Below are positions 9,042 to 16,559 of a stretch of DNA of 64,000 nt, piece after piece. Below the pieces are notes generated by a model. It saw only the letters and a program-made list of their open reading frames with translations, did no database searches and was not told the DNA's origin. The DNA is taken from IMG/VR virus record IMGVR_UViG_3300006155_000002; one strand, given 5' to 3'. A program made the translations under genes and the position numbers. Positions within the stretch are counted from its first letter, which is position 1, and every line of letters begins with the position of its first letter. Source of the stretch: a virus (taxonomy: Duplodnaviria > Caudoviricetes).

Positions 9042-9457
9042 TAAACCGCCACCCCCAAAATCTCCATAAAGTTGCCAGCATCAATTTCTTCCTCTTCATC
9101 TACAGCATATATTGAAGGAGCACAATTTTTTTCCTCTTCTTCGTCATCTCTCTCGTCCCATTCAGCATAGCTATCCATGTGTTGAAGTACATCTTCTTTA
9201 TAATCGTCGAAACAATAATCTGCATCTTCATAGCCGCCGTAACCGTCTTCGCGGTAATACAAGCTATCTGTCGGAATGTCTTGGACAAGGTCGCGGAGAT
9301 TCAGCCAGCTTCGTGATGTTCTGGCGAGGTCAAGGATGATTTCATTCAAATAGTCTGCGTCATAGATATCATCGCAGATATCAATACCATGATCCTGACA
9401 AACCATAATCAGATCACCAAATGAAGTGACTTCTTCAATAAACTCTTGGCGTGTCAT
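9041..9457 (-). CDS. Acidic hypothetical protein with shared C-terminal motif
   Basis: True start MTRQEF at 9457 after AAGGAG; the ORF-track extension overlaps tRNAs. Confidence 0.8.
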   Translation of the reverse strand: MTRQEFIEEVTSFGDLIMVCQDHGIDICDDIYDADYLNEIILDLARTSRSWLNLRDLVQDIPTDSLYYREDGYGGYEDADYCFDDYKEDVLQHMDSYAEWDERDDEEEEKNCAPSIYAVDEEEEIDAGNFMEILGVAV

Positions 9458-9480
9458 TGGAAGGCTCCTTTCTCTTAAGA

Positions 9481-9555
9481 TGGTGACCCGAACGGGATTC
9501 GAACCCGTGCTACCGCCGTGAAAGGGCGGTGTCTTAACCGCTTGACTACCGGGCC
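9481..9555 (-). tRNA. tRNA-Glu(TTC)
   Basis: Cloverleaf, anticodon loop CTTTCAC, encoded CCA. Confidence 0.95.
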
Positions 9556-9558
9556 AGG

Positions 9559-9634
9559 TGGTCTGAGTGGCGAGTCTCGAACTCGCGGCCTCGTGATCCC
9601 AAATCACGCGCTCTGCCAACTGAGCTACACCCAG
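9559..9634 (-). tRNA. tRNA-Pro(TGG)
   Basis: Cloverleaf, loop TTTGGGA, CCA. Confidence 0.93.
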
Positions 9635-9658
9635 AAATAAAGCCCACTTATTGTGGGC

Positions 9659-9734
9659 TGGAGTGGGAAACGGGACTTGAACCCGCAACTTCCGGCTTGG
9701 AAGGACGGCACTCTACCAATTGAGTTATTCCCAC
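9659..9734 (-). tRNA. tRNA-Gly(TCC)
   Basis: Cloverleaf, loop CTTCCAA, CCA. Confidence 0.9.
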
Positions 9735-9810
9735 AAAAATCGACGGTTCTAAAAACAGAGCCGGTGTAGACACCAGCATCTTGGAAACTCCCCGTCATGT
9801 TTTGAGCTTC

Positions 9811-10231
9811 TGGTGGAGCCGGCGGGAGTCGAACCCGCGTCCGAAATTTCTACATGAGCAAGACCTTTTTACGCAATAGTTCCTTATTAGGTGATTGCCT
9901 TACGGCGTGGCACCAAGATAGGAGCAATATCAACCACAGGGCATACCAATTCGGTACGCCTCCACCACCTTATCTTTTTTTTGAGCAGCAGACAAGGAGA
10001 GCTGATTTCGTGACGTATCTTTGACCGCAGACACTTACCCGTCAGAAGGTGTGCCGTTTTGGAATCCAGCCGTCAATCAGGCGGCGACCCTCTCTGCCAC
10101 AAAGGCGGCGAAAGCGGGATGGATCATAGTGATAGTCTCAGTGTTGTTGTTTAATTTTTAGGTTAGCCTTAAGGCGGTCTCTACCTGCGAATCTTACTCT
10201 CTCAAAACCCCGTCGAAACCTTTACGGCCCC
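9811..10231 (-). ncRNA. ssrA: tmRNA
   Basis: 5' GGGGCCGTAAAGGTTTCGAC, 3' GGTTCGACTCCCGCCGGCTCCACCA; internal tag frame ending VAA-stop. Confidence 0.93.
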
Positions 10232-10234
10232 GTA

Positions 10235-10326
10235 TGGCGGAACAGGCAGGATTTGAACCTGCACACCCTTTCGGGTTACTGGCGGTTTAGCAAACCGCTT
10301 CCTTACCAGGTTAGGATTACTGTTCC
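10235..10326 (-). tRNA. tRNA-Ser(GCT)
   Basis: Long variable arm, loop TTGCTAA, GCCA end. Confidence 0.92.
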
Positions 10327-10356
10327 ATAAAAAGAGCCCGGCGCGAAGCCGGGCTT
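10327..10356 (-). terminator. Intrinsic terminator-like hairpin
   Basis: AGCCCGGC-TTCGC-GCCGGGCT followed by a U-rich tract on the minus strand. Confidence 0.55.
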
Positions 10357-10431
10357 CTCCACATTGTTATAGACCGTGTGGACGCGCTGTCTTAGAGCAT
10401 AGTTTGGAGACATCAATGACCCCTTTCGGGG

Positions 10432-10507
10432 TGGAGCTGGTAACAGGAGTCGAACCTGCGACACTCGGAGTACAAAACCGATGCTCTGCCAACTGAGCTA
10501 TACCAGC
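10432..10507 (-). tRNA. tRNA-Thr(TGT)
   Basis: Cloverleaf, loop TTTGTAC with one anticodon-stem mismatch, CCA. Confidence 0.8.
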
Positions 10508-10510
10508 AAA

Positions 10511-10586
10511 TGGAGCTGACGCAGAGATTCGAACTCTGAACCTGTTGTGTACGAAACAACCGCTCTGCCATTAGAGCTACGTCAGC
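10511..10586 (-). tRNA. tRNA-Thr(CGT)
   Basis: Cloverleaf, loop TTCGTAC, CCA. Confidence 0.88.
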
Positions 10587-10589
10587 ATA

Positions 10590-10664
10590 TGGCTGGGGTG
10601 ACTGGATTCGAACCAGCGAATGCGGGAGTCAAAGTCCCGTGCCTTACCACTTGGCTACACCCCA
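10590..10664 (-). tRNA. tRNA-Gln(TTG)
   Basis: Cloverleaf, loop CTTTGAC, GCCA end. Confidence 0.95.
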
Positions 10665-10685
10665 AGATATACAACTAATCAGCAA

Positions 10686-10967
10686 TCATACAGCGTTTTC
10701 GATGATGCTCATGAAGCTGTTTTCGTCGATTTCTACGCCGTCATCTTCTTCGTACAGTTTGATTTCATGGTCATACACATTCCATCCATACCCACGTTCA
10801 CAATGTCCGCCGCAGTCATGACCTCGTTCCACAGCATGATCCCATCGGACGTTAATAGAGCCAGCAATTCGGCAAACAGTTCCTGTAGTTCCGATGCGAA
10901 TATCTTTATTACCATCTGGGTGATTCACCATTGACTCCACTCGATCTCCAACACAAAATTTCGTCAC
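10686..10967 (-). CDS. Small beta-barrel-like protein with one GH-x-C-x-G-x-C-x-x-GYGW repeat
   Basis: Paralogous to both halves of 10974-11510. Confidence 0.8.
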   Translation of the reverse strand: MTKFCVGDRVESMVNHPDGNKDIRIGTTGTVCRIAGSINVRWDHAVERGHDCGGHCERGYGWNVYDHEIKLYEEDDGVEIDENSFMSIIENAV

Positions 10968-10973
10968 GCAATA

Positions 10974-11510
10974 TCACTCCTTTGTCGGTAAAATAATGTC
11001 GAAGAAGGACTTTTCGTCGATATCTTCTTCTGGCCTTTCTTTGTATAGTCTGAGATTTTTAGACGATACATACCACCCATATCCCTCTTCACACGATCCA
11101 TCACACACATGACCGTTTACGAAGTGATCCATCTCAACTGCATATTGCGTAGTTCCAAATCCTCGAATAATCCCAACATCGCCGCTCCAGATATATGGAT
11201 TATTACTTGGATTGTCAACTATAATTTCAACCCTATCACCTTTCTGAAATTCTCTCATATCGACTGGTTCCTCCTCACAACCTTCGTACAATTTGACATC
11301 TAATTCATGCACATACCATCCATAACCATGCTCACAGTTTCCACTACAATCATGGCCTTCTGGAAGTGGCTTGTCCCATGCAACCCCGATGTAGCCATCA
11401 TCATCGAAATCACACACAGTTCCAAGGTCGCCAGCAACAATATAATCGCTTTCAAAAGGATAATTTACGATAGCCTCTACTCGATCATACAGCTTAAACT
11501 GCATATACAA
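10974..11510 (-). CDS. Protein with two tandem GH-x-C-x-G-x-C-x-x-GYGW repeats
   Basis: Internal duplication visible in the translation. Confidence 0.8.
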   Translation of the reverse strand: MYMQFKLYDRVEAIVNYPFESDYIVAGDLGTVCDFDDDGYIGVAWDKPLPEGHDCSGNCEHGYGWYVHELDVKLYEGCEEEPVDMREFQKGDRVEIIVDNPSNNPYIWSGDVGIIRGFGTTQYAVEMDHFVNGHVCDGSCEEGYGWYVSSKNLRLYKERPEEDIDEKSFFDIILPTKE

Positions 11511-11902
11511 TCACTTCCTTCTTCTGTGCTCTTAAACACATTGAAACTGGGGTACTTGACGCTTGACACCGCTGGTTGGTCAACGTCGCCTCACCGCTCC
11601 AATCCTCGCCCAGTTCCAATTGTCCTGCGATTCTTTTTCTTTATCCATGGGAGAACCACTGGTAATAACCCATGCCTTCTTGCGCTTAGCGATTACGCCC
11701 GCTTTGCGCTGAGCCTCTTGTCTGATAGTGCCAGCGAGTGGCAAAGTGAAAGGAGGTGGTGTCAATGTCCGTAAAGGACTATGTCATCGGCTCAGAAGGA
11801 ATTACATTGAGCGGCACGTTTCGCCACGGGTGTTCGGTGACGTTTTCCAGAAACGTGCAAAGGAAGAAAGAAGAGAAGCGGGGCGAAGAACCGCCCCGCT
11901 GA

Positions 11903-12006
11903 TGGGAGAGGGTGGATTCGAACCACCGATACTGAAAGGCCACATGGCGCCTCAAAGCCAAACAGCGAAGGCTTAATCCTCCTGCTTACCTCTTGCATAC
12001 TCTCCC
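11903..12006 (-). ncRNA. Aberrant tRNA-like RNA (Leu-like, oversized variable region)
   Basis: GGGAGAG/CTCTCCC-A acceptor, canonical T arm GGTGG-TTCGAAT-CCACC, 6-nt anticodon loop, ~39-nt variable region. Confidence 0.6.
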
Positions 12007-12160
12007 TGATTGATAGTTAAAACACAGGTTTTATTCCCATACATAATAGACGTACTGCACTGTTGGGCAAAAAGACGTTGGATTCGGGGTTTTCAGGCTG
12101 TTCCTATTTCAAAGAAAAACCTGAATCCAACTCCAAAAGCCCTTGAACTGCTTCTTTTCT

Positions 12161-12515
12161 CTTCGTTGTTCATGATCTGCATTACATATGATGTCTTGAT
12201 GCGGGCTCTTGAAGACCGGCGAAGAGTCGTCGCTCGCCTTGATGCCTGTGGGCTTCAGGGTGGTCCGCTGGTATGCTTGTTTGATATTTCGTGAAAACCG
12301 TTGAGCCAGGCCGGGTTCCGGCTTTGTGCTCCTTGGCTGCTTCGTGATGGTTCGGGAGATGACCTCTGCTTAGGAATCTACGGCCGCCGCGGCAGCAGTG
12401 CGCCGGCCTGGCAGGCTGCCTCCTGACTCTTCCTTCATCCCAGCCATTCGTTACTCTGATTTACAATACAGAGCTTTAAGCCTTTCGACTTAAAAATTCA
12501 TCACATACAACGAAG
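12161..12515 (-). ncRNA. Retron-like ncRNA cassette 3
   Basis: 13/16 inverted repeat 12161-12176 / 12500-12515; candidate branch G 12499; hairpin UUUAAGUC-GAAA-GGCUUAAA; conserved stem-loop 12454-12473. Confidence 0.78.
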
Positions 12516-12516
12516 T

Positions 12517-13059
12517 CTATTTTATATGAACAATGTATTTTTTGTCTATCATCCGGAACCCTACAGATTCATACTGCTCCCATATCAATTCCCAGTTGAT
12601 GTAGTCCATCATGGCACTGTTAGCTATCGCATCGAGCATCTCATCGGTAATCCCATAGTCGAATGGAACATTGAGCTGTGTCGCAAGATAGTATCCGGCC
12701 GTTTCTTTTGCGTTTAATGGCAGATCAACGTCGGATATATCACCGAACATGAATTCGTTCTCTTTCAGCTTTCTGACGAAATCCTCGTTAAACAAATTAC
12801 CAGAAGGAGCGGCCTCAAGTAGGACTTGCAGATATTCTTCCGTCATACCCGGATTTTCGCTGTTAATTTCATCGAGAATATCGTTCAGTTCCTTGATACT
12901 GTCATTCCTGGTAATTGAGATGGTTGGCGAGGTGGACAGAATGATATAGTCGTAGTGGTTTTCAAGTTCTGCCCGAAGATTACATGGTAATGTCAGGATC
13001 TTGGATTCCCCGCAATCCAAATCACTGACTTCAACAGTCAATTGAATCATATCAACCAC
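12517..13059 (-). CDS. Acidic protein, ArdA-like antirestriction (DNA mimic) candidate
   Basis: Very acidic 180 aa; LTLP, SIKELND and DYINWE...GF segments resemble ArdA by eye only. Confidence 0.5.
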   Translation of the reverse strand: MVDMIQLTVEVSDLDCGESKILTLPCNLRAELENHYDYIILSTSPTISITRNDSIKELNDILDEINSENPGMTEEYLQVLLEAAPSGNLFNEDFVRKLKENEFMFGDISDVDLPLNAKETAGYYLATQLNVPFDYGITDEMLDAIANSAMMDYINWELIWEQYESVGFRMIDKKYIVHIK

Positions 13060-13072
13060 TTCCTTTTCTGCA

Positions 13073-13425
13073 AAAACTTTGTAATCTACAGTAGCGTGCG
13101 CGCGTGTCCCGGAATTCGTTGTTGATTGTGGTGTCCTTTACCTTCGCTAAGCGGCTTTAGTGCTCTCCGGTTTTCTTTGGATGAGTCCAGCCTCTTTTGG
13201 CCTGAGTGGCCTGGTTTCCTGTAGCGACTCTGCTTGGTTTCCTTTCGTTTCTGTCGGGTTCGTCTGGCGTTCTGCTGTCGGAAGCCTCGTGGTCGTTTGC
13301 TCAGGATCTGTACCTGTACCTGCTGCGCCCTAATGTTCGCGCTACCTCCACCCGGCCATGCGTTACTCTGATTTACAATACAGAGCGTCTCTTGATTGAC
13401 AAAAGACTATCCATTACAAAGTTTT
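13073..13425 (-). ncRNA. Retron-like ncRNA cassette 4
   Basis: Perfect 13-bp inverted repeat AAAACTTTGTAAT (13073-13085) / ATTACAAAGTTTT (13413-13425); candidate branch G 13412; conserved stem-loop 13366-13385. Confidence 0.83.
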
Positions 13426-13431
13426 CATTTG

Positions 13432-14571
13432 TTATGCGGCCAAATCATCATGAATGGTGCGCATTACGTCCGTGTGGTACTTGTCATTGTTGAATTTGAT
13501 GACCTCGTCCACATATCCCCCTTCCACCATGCGATAGTAGTTGATAAGGCCACGCAAAACTTGAACATCATGCAGCTCCCACATGATTCCGTTTCGGCGG
13601 TCAAGAATGTAGTTGCTAATCATTGCACGGAACCGTTGCTTATTCTTATAACCGATAGTAATCTCATTGTCTTTGTTGAGCATCAGACCGAGATTCCAGT
13701 TACTCCCCGCCCTTGATCCATATCTGGTCTTTTCATCTTTGATTTTGAACGGAGCGTAAAATTCGGCCAGCGTATTGTTAATAAATCCAATAACGCTGTT
13801 ATGGTCGAACTCCTGCCGGCTTGAGATGATGGAGTCATCGGCATATCTGGTATACACAAACGACTTCCCATCAAAATTCCGCAGGGCGTTGTAGATTTTA
13901 TGGTCGATTGGGATCATCATTAGATTGGTGAGCATGGGAGAAATCGGCGTGCCCTGTGGCAAACCGCCATGCAGGAAACACAGGCTGAGTGCCTTATCCA
14001 ATGCATTTCTACCGCGTTCACACTTTACGATCTCGCTAAACGGAAAGATAAGAGATAGCGAGTATCGAAGAAACTCTTGCGTTGTGCTGCCAAAGAAGTT
14101 AGAGAAGTCCGTTTTCAGGAACCAACGGCTCCCGTTTTGCTGATGGCGCTTGATGGCGTCGATGGTAGACCGCCCTGGAACATAGGCAAATGCTGCCGTA
14201 TGATACTTGGCAAACATCTTTTTCTCAAACAGCGTTTTCAAATTACGGAGCGCTGTCATCAGTTCCTGTTCCGGCGCGTTGATTTCACGCAAGCCGCCGG
14301 ACTTCTTTGGGATGTAGAAGGTGTCGTACAGCTTTTCTCTGGGAACATCAAAGAGACTGTCGTTCTGCTCACAGAACCTCTCCAGATCAGATGTCATTTC
14401 CGCAAAATCGAAGCGCTCCAGGAACTGTGGCTTAAGATAGCGTGAGAAATATGTCCGGGTGTTGGATTCGTTCGATGAGATCATAGACCGCATATTGACC
14501 TCGCCAGAGATAATCTCCTCAAATGTGATCTGATGATAGGACGGCGATTGCATAACAGTTATGTATGGCAT
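13432..14571 (-). CDS. Retron-type reverse transcriptase
   Basis: IPKKSGGLREI, AFAY...DAIKRH (region X-like), DFSNFF, LPQGTPISP, YTRYADD and NLGL (region Y-like) motifs; start MPYITV after GAGGAGG. Confidence 0.92.
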   Translation of the reverse strand: MPYITVMQSPSYHQITFEEIISGEVNMRSMISSNESNTRTYFSRYLKPQFLERFDFAEMTSDLERFCEQNDSLFDVPREKLYDTFYIPKKSGGLREINAPEQELMTALRNLKTLFEKKMFAKYHTAAFAYVPGRSTIDAIKRHQQNGSRWFLKTDFSNFFGSTTQEFLRYSLSLIFPFSEIVKCERGRNALDKALSLCFLHGGLPQGTPISPMLTNLMMIPIDHKIYNALRNFDGKSFVYTRYADDSIISSRQEFDHNSVIGFINNTLAEFYAPFKIKDEKTRYGSRAGSNWNLGLMLNKDNEITIGYKNKQRFRAMISNYILDRRNGIMWELHDVQVLRGLINYYRMVEGGYVDEVIKFNNDKYHTDVMRTIHDDLAA

Positions 14572-14586
14572 AAAAAATACCTCCTC

Positions 14587-14936
14587 GCCTGTATTCAAAT
14601 ATACAGTAGTGTCTTCTGGGCGGTGATCCTTAATGGCGTCTGAAGGCAGCAGTTTATCCACTGGCCATACCGAGTTCGTTTGGGCTTTTATTTATTTCCC
14701 TTCAGGAAGTACGGGTTTGTGCTTGTTGTACGGCCTTGTCGGTATGGATTCGGATATTGCACTATGCTTGTGCTTGCTCTGGTATGAGGGGGTATGAGCT
14801 TCGACTCGTGGGCCTCTTGCTTACTAATAAGAGCTTGAGCTGCTCCCTGAGCTACCTCCCGCCGGCCATTCGTTACTCTGATTTACAATACAGAGCACCC
14901 TCAACCCTGATGAGCTGAGAGTAATACAATACAGAC
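14587..14936 (-). ncRNA. Retron-like ncRNA cassette 5 (canonical position upstream of the RT)
   Basis: Inverted repeat GCCTGTATT (14587-14595) / AATACAGAC (14928-14936) with one G-U pair; candidate branch G 14927; conserved stem-loop 14876-14895; ends at the RT RBS. Confidence 0.83.
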
Positions 14937-14939
14937 TAA

Positions 14940-14977
14940 GTTAAAGAAGCGGCGGTCATAGATTTGGCCGCCGCTTT
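14940..14977 (-). terminator. Terminator-like hairpin after the E1 gene
   Basis: AAGCGGCGG...CCGCCGCTT stem with a weak U-rich tail. Confidence 0.5.
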
Positions 14978-14988
14978 AGTGCAGCTTG

Positions 14989-15660
14989 TTAAAATGCGTC
15001 CACCTCAAAGCTAAACGCGTCCACAAGAATCATTTTGCGGAGCTGTTCGCCTTTTACGAAGTTGATGAAATTCGCTACGCCATAAGCAACAATCGTACGC
15101 ACCGTCGGAACGACAGAAAGTGTGATGTTGCAGGCGGAGACAGGAGTTGCTTCCTTCGCCTCATCATGGGAAAAGCCCATGCTATTGATGAAGCTTTCCA
15201 CCATCTTCTCGTCATTCCAGGCAGCGGCATAGTGCTGTGCATCCGTCAGCCGCATCCGGAAATCAAACATCCCCTTGACAAACGTGTTATCCTTGCAGGC
15301 GGTGGCGATTTCCCGGCGAAGGTCAATGTTATCCACCGCCAGGAAAACGTAGCCAGAGAGCCGTTGTCCAGTCCAGCCTTCCCTGATGAGTTTCAGATCG
15401 CTGGCACACTCCGGGTTGATCTCGGCGAGATACTCGGCCAACGCATCGACTTTGGCCTTGCCGATATCCGTGTGCCGGAACATCTGATTGGCGATGTTAT
15501 GCGGCTCCACGTTATCGAAATCGTACAGCGTGATCTTAGTAATGCCGAACCGCACCAGATTCTCAGCGACCGTGGAACCAATAGCCCCACAGCCGATGAT
15601 GTGAATCCGTGAGTCGAGCATATCCGGCTTGAAGAATTCGTAAGATTTTGCCAAGTCCAT
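14989..15660 (-). CDS. ThiF/E1-like adenylyltransferase
   Basis: GCGAIGS, DFDNVEPHNIANQ, GKAKV and AVDN motifs; candidate catalytic Cys in SACN. Confidence 0.92.
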   Translation of the reverse strand: MDLAKSYEFFKPDMLDSRIHIIGCGAIGSTVAENLVRFGITKITLYDFDNVEPHNIANQMFRHTDIGKAKVDALAEYLAEINPECASDLKLIREGWTGQRLSGYVFLAVDNIDLRREIATACKDNTFVKGMFDFRMRLTDAQHYAAAWNDEKMVESFINSMGFSHDEAKEATPVSACNITLSVVPTVRTIVAYGVANFINFVKGEQLRKMILVDAFSFEVDAF

Positions 15661-15683
15661 GATTTGTCTCTCCTTTCTCACTC

Positions 15684-16559
15684 TCAGGAGTAAACCCTGT
15701 AGTCATCGCCGCCAACTCCGTCGTATTCCTGAAAGGAACGACCGATATCGGCGCCCCCTTTGTTCTTCGGCTTACTTTTGACACCAACGGGAGCGACATT
15801 AGCCTGGGTCGGAGTCGAGGCTGCTTGTGTGCTGGTCTGCACCGTCTGGGCGATGGACGTAACCTTCCCTTGCTGGTAACTGCCCTGGTAGCCCCCCTGA
15901 TAGCTGCCCTGGTAGGTTTTTCTGGTGACAATTGCCTTTGCATCGTTGAGGAAAGCCTGGAGATTTACGCCCTCGTCGCCAATATATACGTCCACGTCCG
16001 CCGTCTCGTACAGCGTGTTGTTCTTCAAATCAAAGATGCGGACGAAGTGCTCGTACCGCTTGTTCCAGATCATGAAGATGTAGAAATCCTCATCGGTGAT
16101 CTGCTCCAGGATCTTTTCCTGGTGGGTGGTGTCCACACCGGACGGAGACACGCTCATATTCACATGGCTGTGTCCCTGCATCCGAATGTTGTTAAACACG
16201 TCATCCTCGAATGAATAGAGCCACGTCTGATAAGCGTCCTGGTCGGTATTGACTGTCGCCCCGGTGACTACCTGCGGATACACCAGGATATCGGTGATGT
16301 AGAAGATAGAGGGATTCTCCTCGTCACGATGGACTACACCGTGCCACGCAACCTCGTCGCTGAACTGCTGGATAAGGCCGTTCATTTTGGCGAAGGCAAT
16401 GGTAGACAGGTAGATGGTAGCCCTGTCGTTGTCCTCCCACTTAAACGTCCGGCTGTACTCCAACTTGCCGTCGAACATCTTGACGGACCTGACTTTTTCC
16501 AGGAACTCTTCCTGAATCTTCGCAAGCAGCTCGTCTGTGAGCTTGATAGGCTTACTCAT
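15684..16559 (-). CDS. JAB/MPN-domain metallopeptidase
   Basis: EVAW and GHSHVNMSVSPSGVD (HxH-x7-S-x2-D) motifs. Confidence 0.88.
   Translation of the reverse strand: MSKPIKLTDELLAKIQEEFLEKVRSVKMFDGKLEYSRTFKWEDNDRATIYLSTIAFAKMNGLIQQFSDEVAWHGVVHRDEENPSIFYITDILVYPQVVTGATVNTDQDAYQTWLYSFEDDVFNNIRMQGHSHVNMSVSPSGVDTTHQEKILEQITDEDFYIFMIWNKRYEHFVRIFDLKNNTLYETADVDVYIGDEGVNLQAFLNDAKAIVTRKTYQGSYQGGYQGSYQQGKVTSIAQTVQTSTQAASTPTQANVAPVGVKSKPKNKGGADIGRSFQEYDGVGGDDYRVYS

Noticed and set aside
9458-9688. N-terminal extension of ORF 9041-9688
   Set aside because: It runs through three tRNA genes.
11765-11902. 45-aa plus-strand ORF with a strong AGGAGGTG RBS
   Set aside because: It is against the local strand, ends inside a terminator hairpin and has no recognisable motif; possible but unsupported.
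13086-13355. Cassette 4 payload as an array of restriction-site decoys
   Set aside because: Several palindromes are present (GAATTC, GCGCGC, GGCC, GATC), but I cannot show enrichment over chance and the product would be largely single-stranded.
13432-14571. RT as a diversity-generating retroelement or group II intron
   Set aside because: No TR/VR pair differing at adenines was seen, and there is no Avd-like gene or maturase domain. The LPQG..SP and YADD motifs and the flanking ncRNA layout fit a retron.
14572-14661. N-terminal 30-aa extension of the RT in the ORF track
   Set aside because: It overlaps cassette 5, and a strong GAGGAGG RBS precedes ATG 14571.
8142-14895. Five-copy 20-nt repeat as a CRISPR array or terminator family
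   Set aside because: Spacing is irregular (210 bp to 4 kb), there are no cas genes and no U tract, and each copy is nested in its own inverted-repeat frame.
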